From NCBI GenBank assembly GCA_035438625.1, contig DAORIS010000002.1:34832-98831 (forward strand): a DNA stretch of 64,000 nucleotides, read 5' to 3'. The position numbers and the translations under genes were made by a program. How positions within the stretch are numbered: the stretch's first letter is position 1; every line of letters begins with the position of its first letter. Shown piece after piece: positions 37,409 to 50,718 of the stretch. The notes under the pieces are model-generated. The model saw only the letters and a program-made list of their open reading frames with translations. It was not told the DNA's origin and searched no databases. The stretch is from Minisyncoccota bacterium (GTDB lineage: Bacteria > Patescibacteriota > Minisyncoccia > Phycocordibacterales > DAORIS01).

Positions 37409-38959
37409 TCATACTACCAGATTTCTTCCCGTCATTTGAGTAGGGGTCGGAATTTCAAGAAGTGAGAGTACGGTTGGGGCAATATCAGCAAGTGATCCAC
37501 CAGAAGATACTTGTGCTCCAGGATGTAGTCCTGTGATGATTGCTGGTACCGGATTTAGGGTGTGAGCAGTGTGCTTTTCTCCCGTCACCGCATCAATATT
37601 CACTTCTGCATTTCCATGGTCGGCTGTCACAAACGCACTTCCACCACGAGTATGAAGCGCATCAAGTACCCGTCCTAACTGAGTATCTACCGTTTCAACA
37701 GCGGTAATTATTGCTGGCACATTTGCGGTATGCCCCACCATATCTGGATTTGCAAAGTTAATGAAAATGAAATCTACACCTGCTTCTATTCGCTTAATTG
37801 CTTCATCAGCAATCGCCTCTGCACGCATCTCAGGAGCTTGATCATGCGTTGACACATCTTTACGTGATGCAAGAAGAACATGTTCTTCTCCTTCGTGTGG
37901 TTGCTCTCTACCTCCATTTAAGAAGTACGTTGCATGTGGAAATTTCTCAGTCTCAGCAAAATGAGCTTGGGTTAGTCCCGCCTTTGAAACTTCAGCACCG
38001 AGTGTGGTTTCAATTGAAATTGACGGGAACGCAACGAGCGATGGGTACTCACTTCCATATGACGTCATTGTTGTAAACAACACATTGTGAGCTGATACCT
38101 TTTCAAGAAACTTCTTTGAAAGCATTCTGGCTCTATCTGGTCTGAAATTAAAGAAAAATACTGCATCACCATTAGAAAGTGCTGAACTCCTTCCAAGTGG
38201 TGATGTTCCAATCGCCCCCTCTTCTTCTTGAGTAAACACCAACGGCTCAATGTGTTCATCAAGCTTTCCATCTTTATATAATTTTTCAACATGTGCTGAA
38301 GCAGGCATGTCTTTTAACTCACACACATTACCTTCACAATGGAAAATGGCCTTCTCAGCTTTCGCCAAACGGTCCCAGTTGTTGTCTCTGTCCATTGCAA
38401 AGAATCGGCCAGAAAGTGTGGCGATAAAACCAATCTGAATTTCTGCCAGTACTTTTTCTAAATCACGTAAGTATCCTGCCGCACTTTGAGGCGGCGTATC
38501 TCTTCCATCAGTAAAAAGATGTAACGCAACCGTACCAATTCCATGTTTCTTTGCCGCACGAAGAAAAGCAAACAAGTGTTCACTGTGTGCATGTACTCCA
38601 CCATCACCAAGTAGCCCCACTGCATGAAGTAATGATCCGTGTTTTTTTACATGATCAAACAATGCAATAAACGACGGGTTGTTTTCAAACTCCCCATTTT
38701 TAATCGCCTTTGCAATTCGAACAAGGTCCGTATCAATTGGTTTTCCAGCACCAATCGTTGTGTGCCCAATTTCACTGTTCCCCATCTGACCTTCTGGAAG
38801 ACCAACAGCCAGTCCTGATGCTTCAAGTAGCGTATGTGGGTATTCTTTCCAAAGCGCATCAAAGACAGGTGTCTTGGCCTCTGCAACAGCATTGTGCGTA
38901 GCGTCTTCTCTATAGCCCCACCCATCAAGAATAATTAGTGCGGTTTGCTTTTTCGACAT
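37409..38959 (-). CDS. gpmI: 2,3-BPG-independent phosphoglycerate mutase
   Basis: ILDGWG, GQMGNSEIGH, DGRD, AMDRD, NPDMVGH, TADHGN. Confidence 0.97.
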   Translation of the reverse strand: MSKKQTALIILDGWGYREDATHNAVAEAKTPVFDALWKEYPHTLLEASGLAVGLPEGQMGNSEIGHTTIGAGKPIDTDLVRIAKAIKNGEFENNPSFIALFDHVKKHGSLLHAVGLLGDGGVHAHSEHLFAFLRAAKKHGIGTVALHLFTDGRDTPPQSAAGYLRDLEKVLAEIQIGFIATLSGRFFAMDRDNNWDRLAKAEKAIFHCEGNVCELKDMPASAHVEKLYKDGKLDEHIEPLVFTQEEEGAIGTSPLGRSSALSNGDAVFFFNFRPDRARMLSKKFLEKVSAHNVLFTTMTSYGSEYPSLVAFPSISIETTLGAEVSKAGLTQAHFAETEKFPHATYFLNGGREQPHEGEEHVLLASRKDVSTHDQAPEMRAEAIADEAIKRIEAGVDFIFINFANPDMVGHTANVPAIITAVETVDTQLGRVLDALHTRGGSAFVTADHGNAEVNIDAVTGEKHTAHTLNPVPAIITGLHPGAQVSSGGSLADIAPTVLSLLEIPTPTQMTGRNLVV

Positions 38960-38967
38960 ACAAGTTT

Positions 38968-41450
<2,483 letters not shown>

Positions 41451-43972
41451 GGTGTTTAAATTTTATTTCTTTTTGCTCACCACCCTTACGAACAATAATT
41501 TTATCGTTCCTTCCTAATTCTTCACCGTGTGTTTCTCCTCCGGACTTAGATACTCCTCCACTCCCATCGTCTGTAATAAATGTTGCCTTGCGTTCAATGT
41601 CTTCCATTGCTTTCTCTTCTTTTGCAAACGCACCTGCTCCAATTCGAGGAATTGTTTCCATCACCTGGGAAATCAGGACTGATTGCATTGACTTGAAAAT
41701 TCTTAGACCCTCTCGCTTGTACTCTATAAGTGGATCGCGTTGTCCGTATGAACGGAGATTTACTGAACTTCGGAGATACTCCATTTCTTCTAGGTGATCT
41801 ATCCACAACATATCGTTTGTCTGGAGAAGCAACCGACGTATTCCCGCACTGGCTTCTTCTTTTCCAAGTGCCTGTACACGGTCCTCTATTACTTTATCAA
41901 CTTCCTCTACTGAAACCCCGTAATCTCCTTTAGTAAGAAACTCTTTTGCAATCTCAAGAACCTCGTCACCTTCAGCCGTAAGAAGCTTGCGACGACGTTC
42001 ATACATAATCTTACGCTGATGGTTCAAAATGTCGTCATACTGGAGTGTCTGCTTTCTGCTATCGAAATTAATTCCTTCGATTTTTGTCTGTGCTGATTCA
42101 AGTGACCTACTCAACATTCGATTTTGGATAGCCTCATCTTCTGGAAGTCCCAACCTACCGATCATTTTCTTTACCGTGTCAGCCGCAAACACACGCATAA
42201 GCATGTCATCAAAGGCCACAAAGAATTGAGTTGATCCTGGGTCACCCTGACGTCCTGAGCGACCTCGGAGTTGGTTATCAATACGACGTGCAGTATGACG
42301 CTCGGTACCAATAACATGTAGTCCTCCAAGGCTTTTTACCTCTTCAGACAATTCCTTTGGTGCCATTGCTCCTCCGAGTTTAATGTCGACTCCACGACCA
42401 GCCATGTTTGTTGCCACCGTTACAGCGCCTTTCTTTCCAGCCTCTGCCACAATTTCTCCTTCTCGCTCGTGGTTCTTGGCATTAAGCATTTGGTGCGGAA
42501 CACCAGCAACTTTCAAGTACTCAGAAAGTTCTTCGTTCTTTTCAATTGAAACCGTACCAATAAGTACCGGTTGTCCTGTCTGGTGGATTTTTTTTACATG
42601 TTTCGCAAGCGCAGTGAACTTTCCATGTTCTGTTTGGAAAATGAGGTCATTTTTATCATCACGAACTACCGGACGGTTTGTTGGGATTGGAACAGTATCA
42701 AGTCCATATACCTTAAAGAATTCTTCTCGTGAAGTATATGCAGTACCAGTCATTCCTCCTAACTTTTCGTACAGCCTGAAATAGTTTTGGTATGTGATTG
42801 AAGCAAATGTTCGTGTCTCACGTTGCACAAGCACTCCCTCCTTGGCTTCAACAGCCTGGTGAATTCCACCTGACCATCGTCGTCCTGGTTGCAATCGTCC
42901 AGTGTATTCATCAACGATAATTACTTCGTTATCTCGCACAACATATTCTTTTTCTCGCTTGTAGAGTGCCTTTGCCTTAACCGCAGTCTCAAGGTGATAC
43001 GCATATTTAATTCCAGCGTCAGTATAAATATTTTCTACACCTAACTGCTTTTCAGCTTCGCGAATACCCGCGTCAGTTAGCGCGATCTGGTGGTGCTTTT
43101 CATCAACCGTGTAATGCTCTTCTTCTTTTAATCTGTCAGCAATCTGTGAAAATCGAGCGTAGAGATTTTCTGATTCTTGTGCGGGTGCAGAAATGATAAG
43201 TGGAGTACGTGCTTCGTCGATCAAGATTGAGTCAATTTCGTCCACGATTGAAAATGGATGTCCGCGCTGCCTCAGGTTGCGCTTATCGTACTCAATGTTG
43301 TCTCGGAGATAGTCAAAACCGAATTCAGAGTTTGTTCCGTATGTAATATCTGCTTGGTACGCTTCTCGTCTTGTGCAAGGCTTTAGAAATTCATACACAA
43401 CCTTAAACGCAGCAACTTCATCTCGATGTTCGTCTGCTTCTACATGAGTTGGATCATAGAGATATGATGCCTGACCGTTGATGACACCGACAGTCATTCC
43501 AAGAGCGTTATAAATCTGACCCATCCATACACCGTCACGACGTGCCAAATAGTCGTTAACCGTTACAACGTGTACACCCTTTCCTGCAAGTGAATTTAGG
43601 AATACTGGAAGTGTTGCAACGAGTGTCTTTCCTTCTCCAGTTTTCATTTCAGCGATCGCACCTGAATTAAGTACAAGTCCTCCAACAAGCTGCACGTCAT
43701 AGTGACGCTGACCAAGAGTTCGTTTTGCTGCTTCACGGGTAAGTGCAAAAGAGCGAGTGAGTACTGAGTCTAGTGACCTACCTTCTGCCTGCACTTCTTT
43801 TTTAAGCACAATAGCTTCATCCTTCAACTGTTCAAGTGAAAGTGGTTCGTATTTCTTCTCAAGAGTGTTTATTTCAGCAATCTTAGAGGCGTATTTCTTT
43901 ACAGCCCGCTTTTCTGGGCTTCCAAACAATTTTTCCAGCATCGGGATATTTTAGCACAAAATATGCACGTTT

Positions 43973-45001
43973 TCAGCTTATTTTCGCTTGAATTTCTCCA
44001 ATATATTCAACCTCAGGCTCGATGGTAATGCCGGTCTTTTCATGTACCTTTTTTGATACAAAATCCGCTAACTTAGCAACATCCTCTGTCCTTGCGCCAC
44101 CATGGTTTACGATGACCAGTGCCTGCTTTTCATAGAGACCTACAGACCCTTCGGTGTATCCTTTTAACCCACACACCTTATCCAATATCCATCCAAGTGG
44201 AACTTTCATTCGTCCTCCATCAACTGGAAACCCCGGTATTTCTGGATATGTTCCTGTAAGTGTTTCGTATATCCCACTTTCTATAAATGGATTTTTAAAA
44301 AATGACCCTGCGGTACCAATGTGTTTCCAATCAGGCAACTTTGCCATACGGATTGCAATGACTGTGTTGCGTATGTCTTGTATGAGTGCTTCTTTTTTTC
44401 CTCCTAATTTTTCTTCAACTTCTTTAAAGGTGATTTTTCCACTGTTACTTTTTGAAAATCGTAATGTTGCACTGGTAACTATCCAATTTCTTCCTTCTAT
44501 AGTTTTAAAAAATGAATACCTGTATGAAAACAAACATTCTGCTTTGGGGAATATTCGCTTTTCTTGCGTATGAATATTAATGGCGGTAACCGTAACGACA
44601 ACATCTGCAATTTCTCCCCCGTACGCTCCGATATTCTGAACAATCGCTCCTCCTAGAGTTCCTGGAATATACGAGAGCATTTCAATACCCTGAAGATCAT
44701 TCATCACTGCAAAGTGCACAACGTCATCCCAGTTTTCACCCGCACCAAATTCATATTCAGTTTCAGCTATCTCATTGCGAGCTTGAATATTATTTTTAAT
44801 GACGAGTCCAGGAAAGCCCGTGTCAGATATCAAAATGTTTGAGCCACCACCTAAAACAAAAACTGGATACTGCTTCTTTGTATTCCAATCTAAAACTTCT
44901 ATTAATTCTTGTTCATTTTCAACTTCTACAAAAAACTCTGCCTGTCCTCCAGTTTGAAAAGTAGTTAGTGAAGCAAGGGGTTCGTGTTCTCTAATATGCA
45001 T
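43973..45001 (-). CDS. murB: UDP-N-acetylmuramate dehydrogenase
   Basis: LGGGSN, IPGTLGGA, QNIGAYG, AGSFFKNP, EPEV. Confidence 0.96.
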   Translation of the reverse strand: MHIREHEPLASLTTFQTGGQAEFFVEVENEQELIEVLDWNTKKQYPVFVLGGGSNILISDTGFPGLVIKNNIQARNEIAETEYEFGAGENWDDVVHFAVMNDLQGIEMLSYIPGTLGGAIVQNIGAYGGEIADVVVTVTAINIHTQEKRIFPKAECLFSYRYSFFKTIEGRNWIVTSATLRFSKSNSGKITFKEVEEKLGGKKEALIQDIRNTVIAIRMAKLPDWKHIGTAGSFFKNPFIESGIYETLTGTYPEIPGFPVDGGRMKVPLGWILDKVCGLKGYTEGSVGLYEKQALVIVNHGGARTEDVAKLADFVSKKVHEKTGITIEPEVEYIGEIQAKIS

Positions 45002-45085
45002 GCTCTGTACTCAGTCGGTCACCGGGGCGAGCTCCAATGACAAATGTAAAATGTGAGTGCGACCGGTGACCGACTGAAAACAGTG
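45002..45085 (-). promoter_or_regulatory. Long hairpin spanning the putative murB 5' leader
   Basis: Perfect 15-bp inverted repeat 45011-45025 / 45063-45077, extendable with mismatches to the base next to the ATG. TATACT at 45093-45098 (minus). Confidence 0.65.
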
Positions 45086-45120
45086 CTCTAAAAGTATACC
45101 GCGTAGAAAATGAAACGTCC

Positions 45121-45194
45121 AAAAACACGAAAGCCCGCTTTCGCGGGCTACGTGCTACATTTGTCCTGTAGTACGCTTTTAAGCGCACTCACCT
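45121..45194 (-). ncRNA. Candidate ~75-nt small RNA
   Basis: TTGACT-N16-TATAAT promoter (45200-45227, minus), hairpins agtgcgct/agcgtact and ctaca/tgtag, terminator agcccgc-gaaa-gcgggct...ttttt. Confidence 0.55.
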
Positions 45195-45230
45195 ACATAA
45201 TTATACTTCACTTTCCTCGCGAGTCAACCG

Positions 45231-47504
45231 TTATTGCTTTGGAATAATACTTTTTGTTCCGGCGTTAATTGCGCCTTCATATGAAGTAATTTCTTGAACG
45301 ATCTGGGTGTTACCCGCTGTTGCTGCTTGAGTCTTAAGTTCAGCCAAAAGTTCGAGTGCGCCCTTTCTGTTACCAACCTCAAGTCGTGCCGCAGCAAGAA
45401 GAATGTGAGATGTTGGAGAAATCCTCTCTTGTTTCTTCAGTTCTGCAACCTGTGCTTCAAGTACCGGAAGTACTCGTGCTGTGTGTCCTGTTATAAGAAG
45501 TGCTTGTACTACTCCACTGTTTTCCATGACTTGTGGGTATTTTTCAATAGTATCGAAGGCGAGTTGATCTCTATTGCTATAAAGCGCTGTAACTACATAC
45601 AACCCTTCAATAGAAATATTTTTCTCTTGAACACTGACTGCATACTCAGCTCGCTTAAATGCTTCTTCAAATTTATCCTGGGTAAGCAAGAAAGATATTT
45701 CATCAGAGATAAACATCTGCTTCTTTGGAGACAATTCCTGTGCTTTTCGGATTAATTCCATTGCCTTATCAATTTCTCCTGTCCTTGAGTAACTTGTTGA
45801 AAGAATGTAGTACGCACGTGGATCATTTGGAGACTCTTCAATTTGATCCTGACCCGCCAAACGAGAGTCATTCAAGAAAGCCATTCCAACTTCATTTCCA
45901 GCACCAGCTTGCGAAGCAACATTTACAGCATTTGTAATGTATTGCTCTCGAATTTCTTGGTTTCCAAACGAATCATATGAAAGCGCCTTATCGAAATACA
46001 TTTTGGTGGCTTCGAAATTTGCCATTTGCTCTGCCTGGGTCTTGGGCGGCTGGGCCATAATGCGTAGCGCAGAGAGAAGTGACCTATTTGCTGCATACGG
46101 CTTATATGTACCGGCGTATAACGTATACGGAACAACAACAAGTGAAAGTACTGCGCATACAAGCATGACTTGCGTCTTGAGTACTGAATCACCTGCTTCT
46201 GCGTTTCCCTTTTTAGAAACAACATCTCGAGGAACAATTTGTGAATGGAAGAATGCAAGTATTCCAAAGAACAAAATATAACTTGCCAAGTTATCAAACA
46301 CGAACAAGTTATGGATAAAGTAACCAACGAGTATTCCAGTGAATACTGATTTCTGTAGAATTGAGAGGCGATCGCCTGGTATTTTCCAGAGCGTGTACCC
46401 AAGCATTGCAATTAGTGCGATATAGGCCAAGAAACCAACAATTCCTGTTGTGACCAACCACTCGATAAACATATTATGTGAGCGGTCAAACCATTGTTCG
46501 TGAGAATAAATTGCAGGATCGTAGTAGGTAGAAAAGATATAGTTAAAACTTTCCTGTCCCCAACCAAAGATTGGTCGATCCTTTACTCCCTCAAATGCCA
46601 TTTTCCATAGTGTTGGACGGGCCTGAGTTTCAGCGTTTGTGAGTGTTACCTCTGTAAATCTCCTAAGAATTGAAACGTTCTGCACAACGCCCGTATCCTT
46701 TAACAAGAAAAACAATCCGACAAGTGCAGTGACGCCAATAACCATTCCAGCTGCAATTTTCTTCAAGAGCGGATGATTACGTTCATAGATTGCGAGAAAA
46801 ATTCCAGCAACAAACGAGCCACCTAATATACCAAGTACTGTTCCTCGAGTACCGGTAAAGAATACACCTGCAATAAACGCAATGATTCCAACAGCATAGG
46901 CTGCAATACGCCATTTTTCTTGTCGTACTTTTTTATCAGACACTGCAATCAGTAACAATATGCCAGCGTGAATGAAAAAGTATGCACCAACATATGTTGA
47001 GTTTCCGAGCATAACATTAATACGTGGGGCAACACCATTACTTAGAAGTCCTCCAATTGCGTCAGACAATCCAACTAAGAGCATGATTGCGCTTATTGAA
47101 AGCGATGTAACCGCATACCACAACCACTCTTTTGTTGTACGAAAAACATTTGAAGCGATGAATGCAAAGGCACCGAGGTGCAAGAGTGCAATGTACCCTT
47201 CCATTCGCTCATAGTTACTCCAGAAACTCTTATATGGATTTTCACTAAAGATATTTGCAACACCTACAATCACCACAAAAACCAAAAGTGACCACATAAG
47301 ACCAGACGCCTTTGGCCTAAAACGTGCGTCCCTCCACGCAAGAAACAAATATGCCACCAATGCAATTTCTACAAGCGCCCTAAATGCAAAGTTTTTTCCA
47401 GCGATATATGGGAAAAACATTTCATTTGAAACATATAGCGGTACTGCCAGCACCAGTCCCAAACAGCCGATAACAATATATTGTAGTGTTTTATTCAAAT
47501 TCAT
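45231..47504 (-). CDS. O-antigen ligase / O-oligosaccharyltransferase-like protein with TPR repeats
   Basis: LGNSTY, TGTRG, RPTLW, FGWGQESF, DRSHNMFIE (Wzy_C His), TPR C-terminus. Confidence 0.85.
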   Translation of the reverse strand: MNLNKTLQYIVIGCLGLVLAVPLYVSNEMFFPYIAGKNFAFRALVEIALVAYLFLAWRDARFRPKASGLMWSLLVFVVIVGVANIFSENPYKSFWSNYERMEGYIALLHLGAFAFIASNVFRTTKEWLWYAVTSLSISAIMLLVGLSDAIGGLLSNGVAPRINVMLGNSTYVGAYFFIHAGILLLIAVSDKKVRQEKWRIAAYAVGIIAFIAGVFFTGTRGTVLGILGGSFVAGIFLAIYERNHPLLKKIAAGMVIGVTALVGLFFLLKDTGVVQNVSILRRFTEVTLTNAETQARPTLWKMAFEGVKDRPIFGWGQESFNYIFSTYYDPAIYSHEQWFDRSHNMFIEWLVTTGIVGFLAYIALIAMLGYTLWKIPGDRLSILQKSVFTGILVGYFIHNLFVFDNLASYILFFGILAFFHSQIVPRDVVSKKGNAEAGDSVLKTQVMLVCAVLSLVVVPYTLYAGTYKPYAANRSLLSALRIMAQPPKTQAEQMANFEATKMYFDKALSYDSFGNQEIREQYITNAVNVASQAGAGNEVGMAFLNDSRLAGQDQIEESPNDPRAYYILSTSYSRTGEIDKAMELIRKAQELSPKKQMFISDEISFLLTQDKFEEAFKRAEYAVSVQEKNISIEGLYVVTALYSNRDQLAFDTIEKYPQVMENSGVVQALLITGHTARVLPVLEAQVAELKKQERISPTSHILLAAARLEVGNRKGALELLAELKTQAATAGNTQIVQEITSYEGAINAGTKSIIPKQ

Positions 47505-47521
47505 GGGCTACACTATACAGT
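47505..47521. promoter_or_regulatory. 17-bp bidirectional promoter with overlapping -10 boxes
   Basis: TACACT (+, 47509-47514) and TATAGT (-, 47512-47517), each 7 nt from its ATG. Confidence 0.6.
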
Positions 47522-48670
47522 ATGGATCAAAAAAGGAGGAGGAAGATTCTCTTTGTTATCACCAAGTCTAACTTTGGGGGTGCACAACGATATGTATTCG
47601 AATTAGCCACAGAGCTTCACCAACAAAAGTCAGAGGAATTTGAGATTTGTGTTGCTTTTGGAGGCTCTGGGTTACTCAAGGAAAAGCTGGGGGTAGCTGG
47701 TATTGGGACAATTGAGATTAAAGGATTAGAGCGTGACATTGGAATTTTTAAAGACCTCAAAGCATTTTTCTCACTGCTATCAATCTTAAGAAAAGAACGA
47801 CCCGACATCATTCACTTGAATAGTTCTAAAGCTGGGTTACTTGGCGTACTCGCTGGACGTATCGCACGTATTCAGAAAATAGTATTCACGGGACATGGTT
47901 GGGCATTCAACCAAAAGCGCTCGTGGATAATGAGCACAATCCTTAAGGCTTGTTACGTTGTAATCATCTCCCTCTGCCACAAAGTGATTGCAGTTTCCCA
48001 AAAAACAAAAGAGGATGTACTCCAGTTACCGTTCATTAATGAACAAAAAATTATTGTGATCCATAACGGCATTCCACAGCAAGAATTATTATCAAAAGAA
48101 ACGGCTCGAGAAAAACTACTTTCACATACACCTGGACATGTGCCCACCTCCCCAGAAACACTATGGATTGGCACACTTGCAGAACTCCACCCGAGAAAAG
48201 GATTAGATATACTTATCAATTCTCTTACGAATGTTTCTCGTCCATTTCACGCATGGATTATCGGTGCAGGAGAAAGCAAAGATTCACTTATTGAATTGGC
48301 GACTACCACTCGGCTCCAAGATAAAGTTTCTTTCACAGGTTTTATTTCTAATGCGTCAGCGCTATTACCTGCCTTCGACATATTTATTCTGCCTTCACGA
48401 GACGAGGCACTCCCATACGTGTTATTAGAGGCTGGTGCCGCGTCCCTTCCAACTATCGCAACAGCAATTGCTGGAGTGCCTGAAATCATTGAACACAATA
48501 AGACAGGTATACTTATTCCACCAGAGAACATCGGTGAACTTACTCGAGCAATTGATGCGCTATGTACTAACCCAGAACGTTCTCAATTTGGTATGAATTT
48601 ACGAACTACAATCCTAGAAAGATTTTCTCTTACTGGCATGGTAGAAAGAACTATCAAAGATGCATACTAA
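47522..48670 (+). CDS. Glycosyltransferase family 4
   Basis: GGAQRY, HLNSSKAG, TGHGW, KGLD, EALPYVLLEA. Confidence 0.9.
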   Translation: MDQKRRRKILFVITKSNFGGAQRYVFELATELHQQKSEEFEICVAFGGSGLLKEKLGVAGIGTIEIKGLERDIGIFKDLKAFFSLLSILRKERPDIIHLNSSKAGLLGVLAGRIARIQKIVFTGHGWAFNQKRSWIMSTILKACYVVIISLCHKVIAVSQKTKEDVLQLPFINEQKIIVIHNGIPQQELLSKETAREKLLSHTPGHVPTSPETLWIGTLAELHPRKGLDILINSLTNVSRPFHAWIIGAGESKDSLIELATTTRLQDKVSFTGFISNASALLPAFDIFILPSRDEALPYVLLEAGAASLPTIATAIAGVPEIIEHNKTGILIPPENIGELTRAIDALCTNPERSQFGMNLRTTILERFSLTGMVERTIKDAY

Positions 48671-49967
48671 AACCCAGAGACTCCAGACCTTCCTGGGAAG
48701 TGCTGGTTTTAAGAAATACTTTAATAACACCTCGTGGTTATTTATTGGTCGCCTGACAAACATGGTAGTTGGCTTTATTGCCACAACATATGTCATCCGA
48801 ACACTCGGACCAGAGTCATATGGAACGGTTAGTTATATCCTTAGTTTCGCTGGCCTTGGATCAGTATTGGCAAACTTAGGAATAGATCAGATTTTGTCTC
48901 GTGAATTATTAGTACAGAAAGAAAATCGTGGAACATTGTTAGGCACAGCGTTTATTATAAAAACAACCGGTGCTGTTGTCTCGACACTACTCTTAATTAC
49001 CACCAGCATCGCGATCGACAACAGCGCGTTCTTGACGCTTTTGATTGCATTTATGTCGTTTTCATATTTCTTTTCTGCGTTCGGTGTCTTTAATACACTA
49101 TTTCAAGTTGATGTTCGTTCTAAATATCCATCGCTCCTTTCGATATGGGTCGTGTTGATTTTGAGTGTCCTTAAAATTATTGTTGTCTTCTCAGGTCTGC
49201 CAATTGAGTTTATTATCGGGGTGTTCTTCATCGAACCAATTCTCTATGCCGTTGGACTAGTCTTTCTATATGTAAAACACTACAGCAGGCATATCTACAA
49301 ACTAAGTTTTGATATGAATATTGCAAAAATATTCATCAAAGAATCATGGCCACTAATTTTATCGAGTGCCTTTATCGTCATCTACTCACGCATAGATCAA
49401 GTGATGCTTAAAAACATGGTAAATGAAACATCTGTAGGATTTTATGATTCTGCTGTTCGTATTGCAGAACTGTGGTATTTCATTCCTGGAATTTTAGGAT
49501 CAGCACTGTTTCCTGCAATGGTTAATGCCCACCTAACAGACACATCTATATATACCCTTAGGATGAAACGCCTATATTTCCTACTCTGGTGGCTTGGAAT
49601 TGCGATTAGCGCCTCAGTATTTGTCTTAGCGCCATTTATCATTCACACACTCTATGGACCAGCATACGATATGTCGATATTAGTCCTTAGGATTTATGTG
49701 TGTGCAACCATACCAATATTCCTCGCAATGATTATCCAGCAACACCTTGTCACAAAAGGATTGACACGAGTAACATTTTTCATGACATTCCTTGGAATGG
49801 TTGCGAACATTGTTTTGAACATTTTCTTAATTCCTCGCTACGGAATATACGGTGCTGCAGTCGCAACCCTTGTTTCATATTCACTCATGCCGCTGTCGAT
49901 ATTGCTACTGAAATCAACCCGCGAACACGCGCTCCTTGTGCTAACATCTATTTCACATTTCCGTTAA
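48660..49967 (+). CDS. wzx: Wzx-type oligosaccharide flippase
   Basis: RTLGPESYG, IYSRIDQVML, GFYDSA, GIYGAAVAT; multi-TM. Confidence 0.88.
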   Translation: MHTKTQRLQTFLGSAGFKKYFNNTSWLFIGRLTNMVVGFIATTYVIRTLGPESYGTVSYILSFAGLGSVLANLGIDQILSRELLVQKENRGTLLGTAFIIKTTGAVVSTLLLITTSIAIDNSAFLTLLIAFMSFSYFFSAFGVFNTLFQVDVRSKYPSLLSIWVVLILSVLKIIVVFSGLPIEFIIGVFFIEPILYAVGLVFLYVKHYSRHIYKLSFDMNIAKIFIKESWPLILSSAFIVIYSRIDQVMLKNMVNETSVGFYDSAVRIAELWYFIPGILGSALFPAMVNAHLTDTSIYTLRMKRLYFLLWWLGIAISASVFVLAPFIIHTLYGPAYDMSILVLRIYVCATIPIFLAMIIQQHLVTKGLTRVTFFMTFLGMVANIVLNIFLIPRYGIYGAAVATLVSYSLMPLSILLLKSTREHALLVLTSISHFR

Positions 49968-49989
49968 TTAATGGATTAACCAAAACACT

Positions 49990-50715
49990 ATGGAAAACGT
50001 TTCTTGTTCAATCATCACTTCCCTCTACAAGACAGACGAGCATATTGAAAATTACGAGCGACATATTCAAAAATGTGCAAAAAAACTACTGAAAGACAAC
50101 GTCTCGTTTGAAGTGATCGCAATAACAAACGACGCAACGGAACTTGAAACTGCAGTATGTGAGCGACTACAAGCAAACCCATGGTTTAGATGGATCGATG
50201 TGCCAAGAGAAACACTTTATGCAACTTGGAATAGGGGTGTCCGAGAATCAAAGGGATTTGCATGTACGTTTTGGAATGTAGATGATATTCGAACAAGCGA
50301 AGGAATCGTTGATGGAATAGAGCGAGTAAAAAGCGGTGCACCAGTTGTGTACTTCCCGTTTACATACAAGCGATATGTAAAAGTTGGACCATTTAAACTC
50401 TTGGCGAAGATAAAGAAAATTGATTTGCCTGCATTTTCAAAAGAAACATTTACCAAACACATGAACTGCGGACCGTTCTTTATGTTTTCTAAGGACTTTT
50501 ATTCAAAAGTTGGTCCGTTCGATGAGTGGTTTACGATCGCTGGAGATTTTGAATGGTGTACAAAAGCAGCACACATGGCAGTGTTTCAAAAATCAGAAAT
50601 TATCGGCGGAACATTTACGAGCGACGGACAAACTCTTTCTGGAAAAAGGAGCGAGCGACTCACGAAAGAAAACGAAAAAGTTGCCGAAAATATTAAAGTT
50701 CGGAACGGTAATTAA
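49990..50715 (+). CDS. Glycosyltransferase family 2-like
   Basis: SIITSLY, LYATWNRG, NVDD, GPFDEWFTIAGDFEW. Confidence 0.8.
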   Translation: MENVSCSIITSLYKTDEHIENYERHIQKCAKKLLKDNVSFEVIAITNDATELETAVCERLQANPWFRWIDVPRETLYATWNRGVRESKGFACTFWNVDDIRTSEGIVDGIERVKSGAPVVYFPFTYKRYVKVGPFKLLAKIKKIDLPAFSKETFTKHMNCGPFFMFSKDFYSKVGPFDEWFTIAGDFEWCTKAAHMAVFQKSEIIGGTFTSDGQTLSGKRSERLTKENEKVAENIKVRNGN

Positions 50716-50718
50716 TGC

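Noticed and set aside
44991-45188. 65-aa ORF across the murB upstream region as a leader peptide
   Set aside because: It starts within a few nt of the predicted TSS and crosses a terminator and a second promoter. The RNA-structure explanation fits better, though translation is not excluded.
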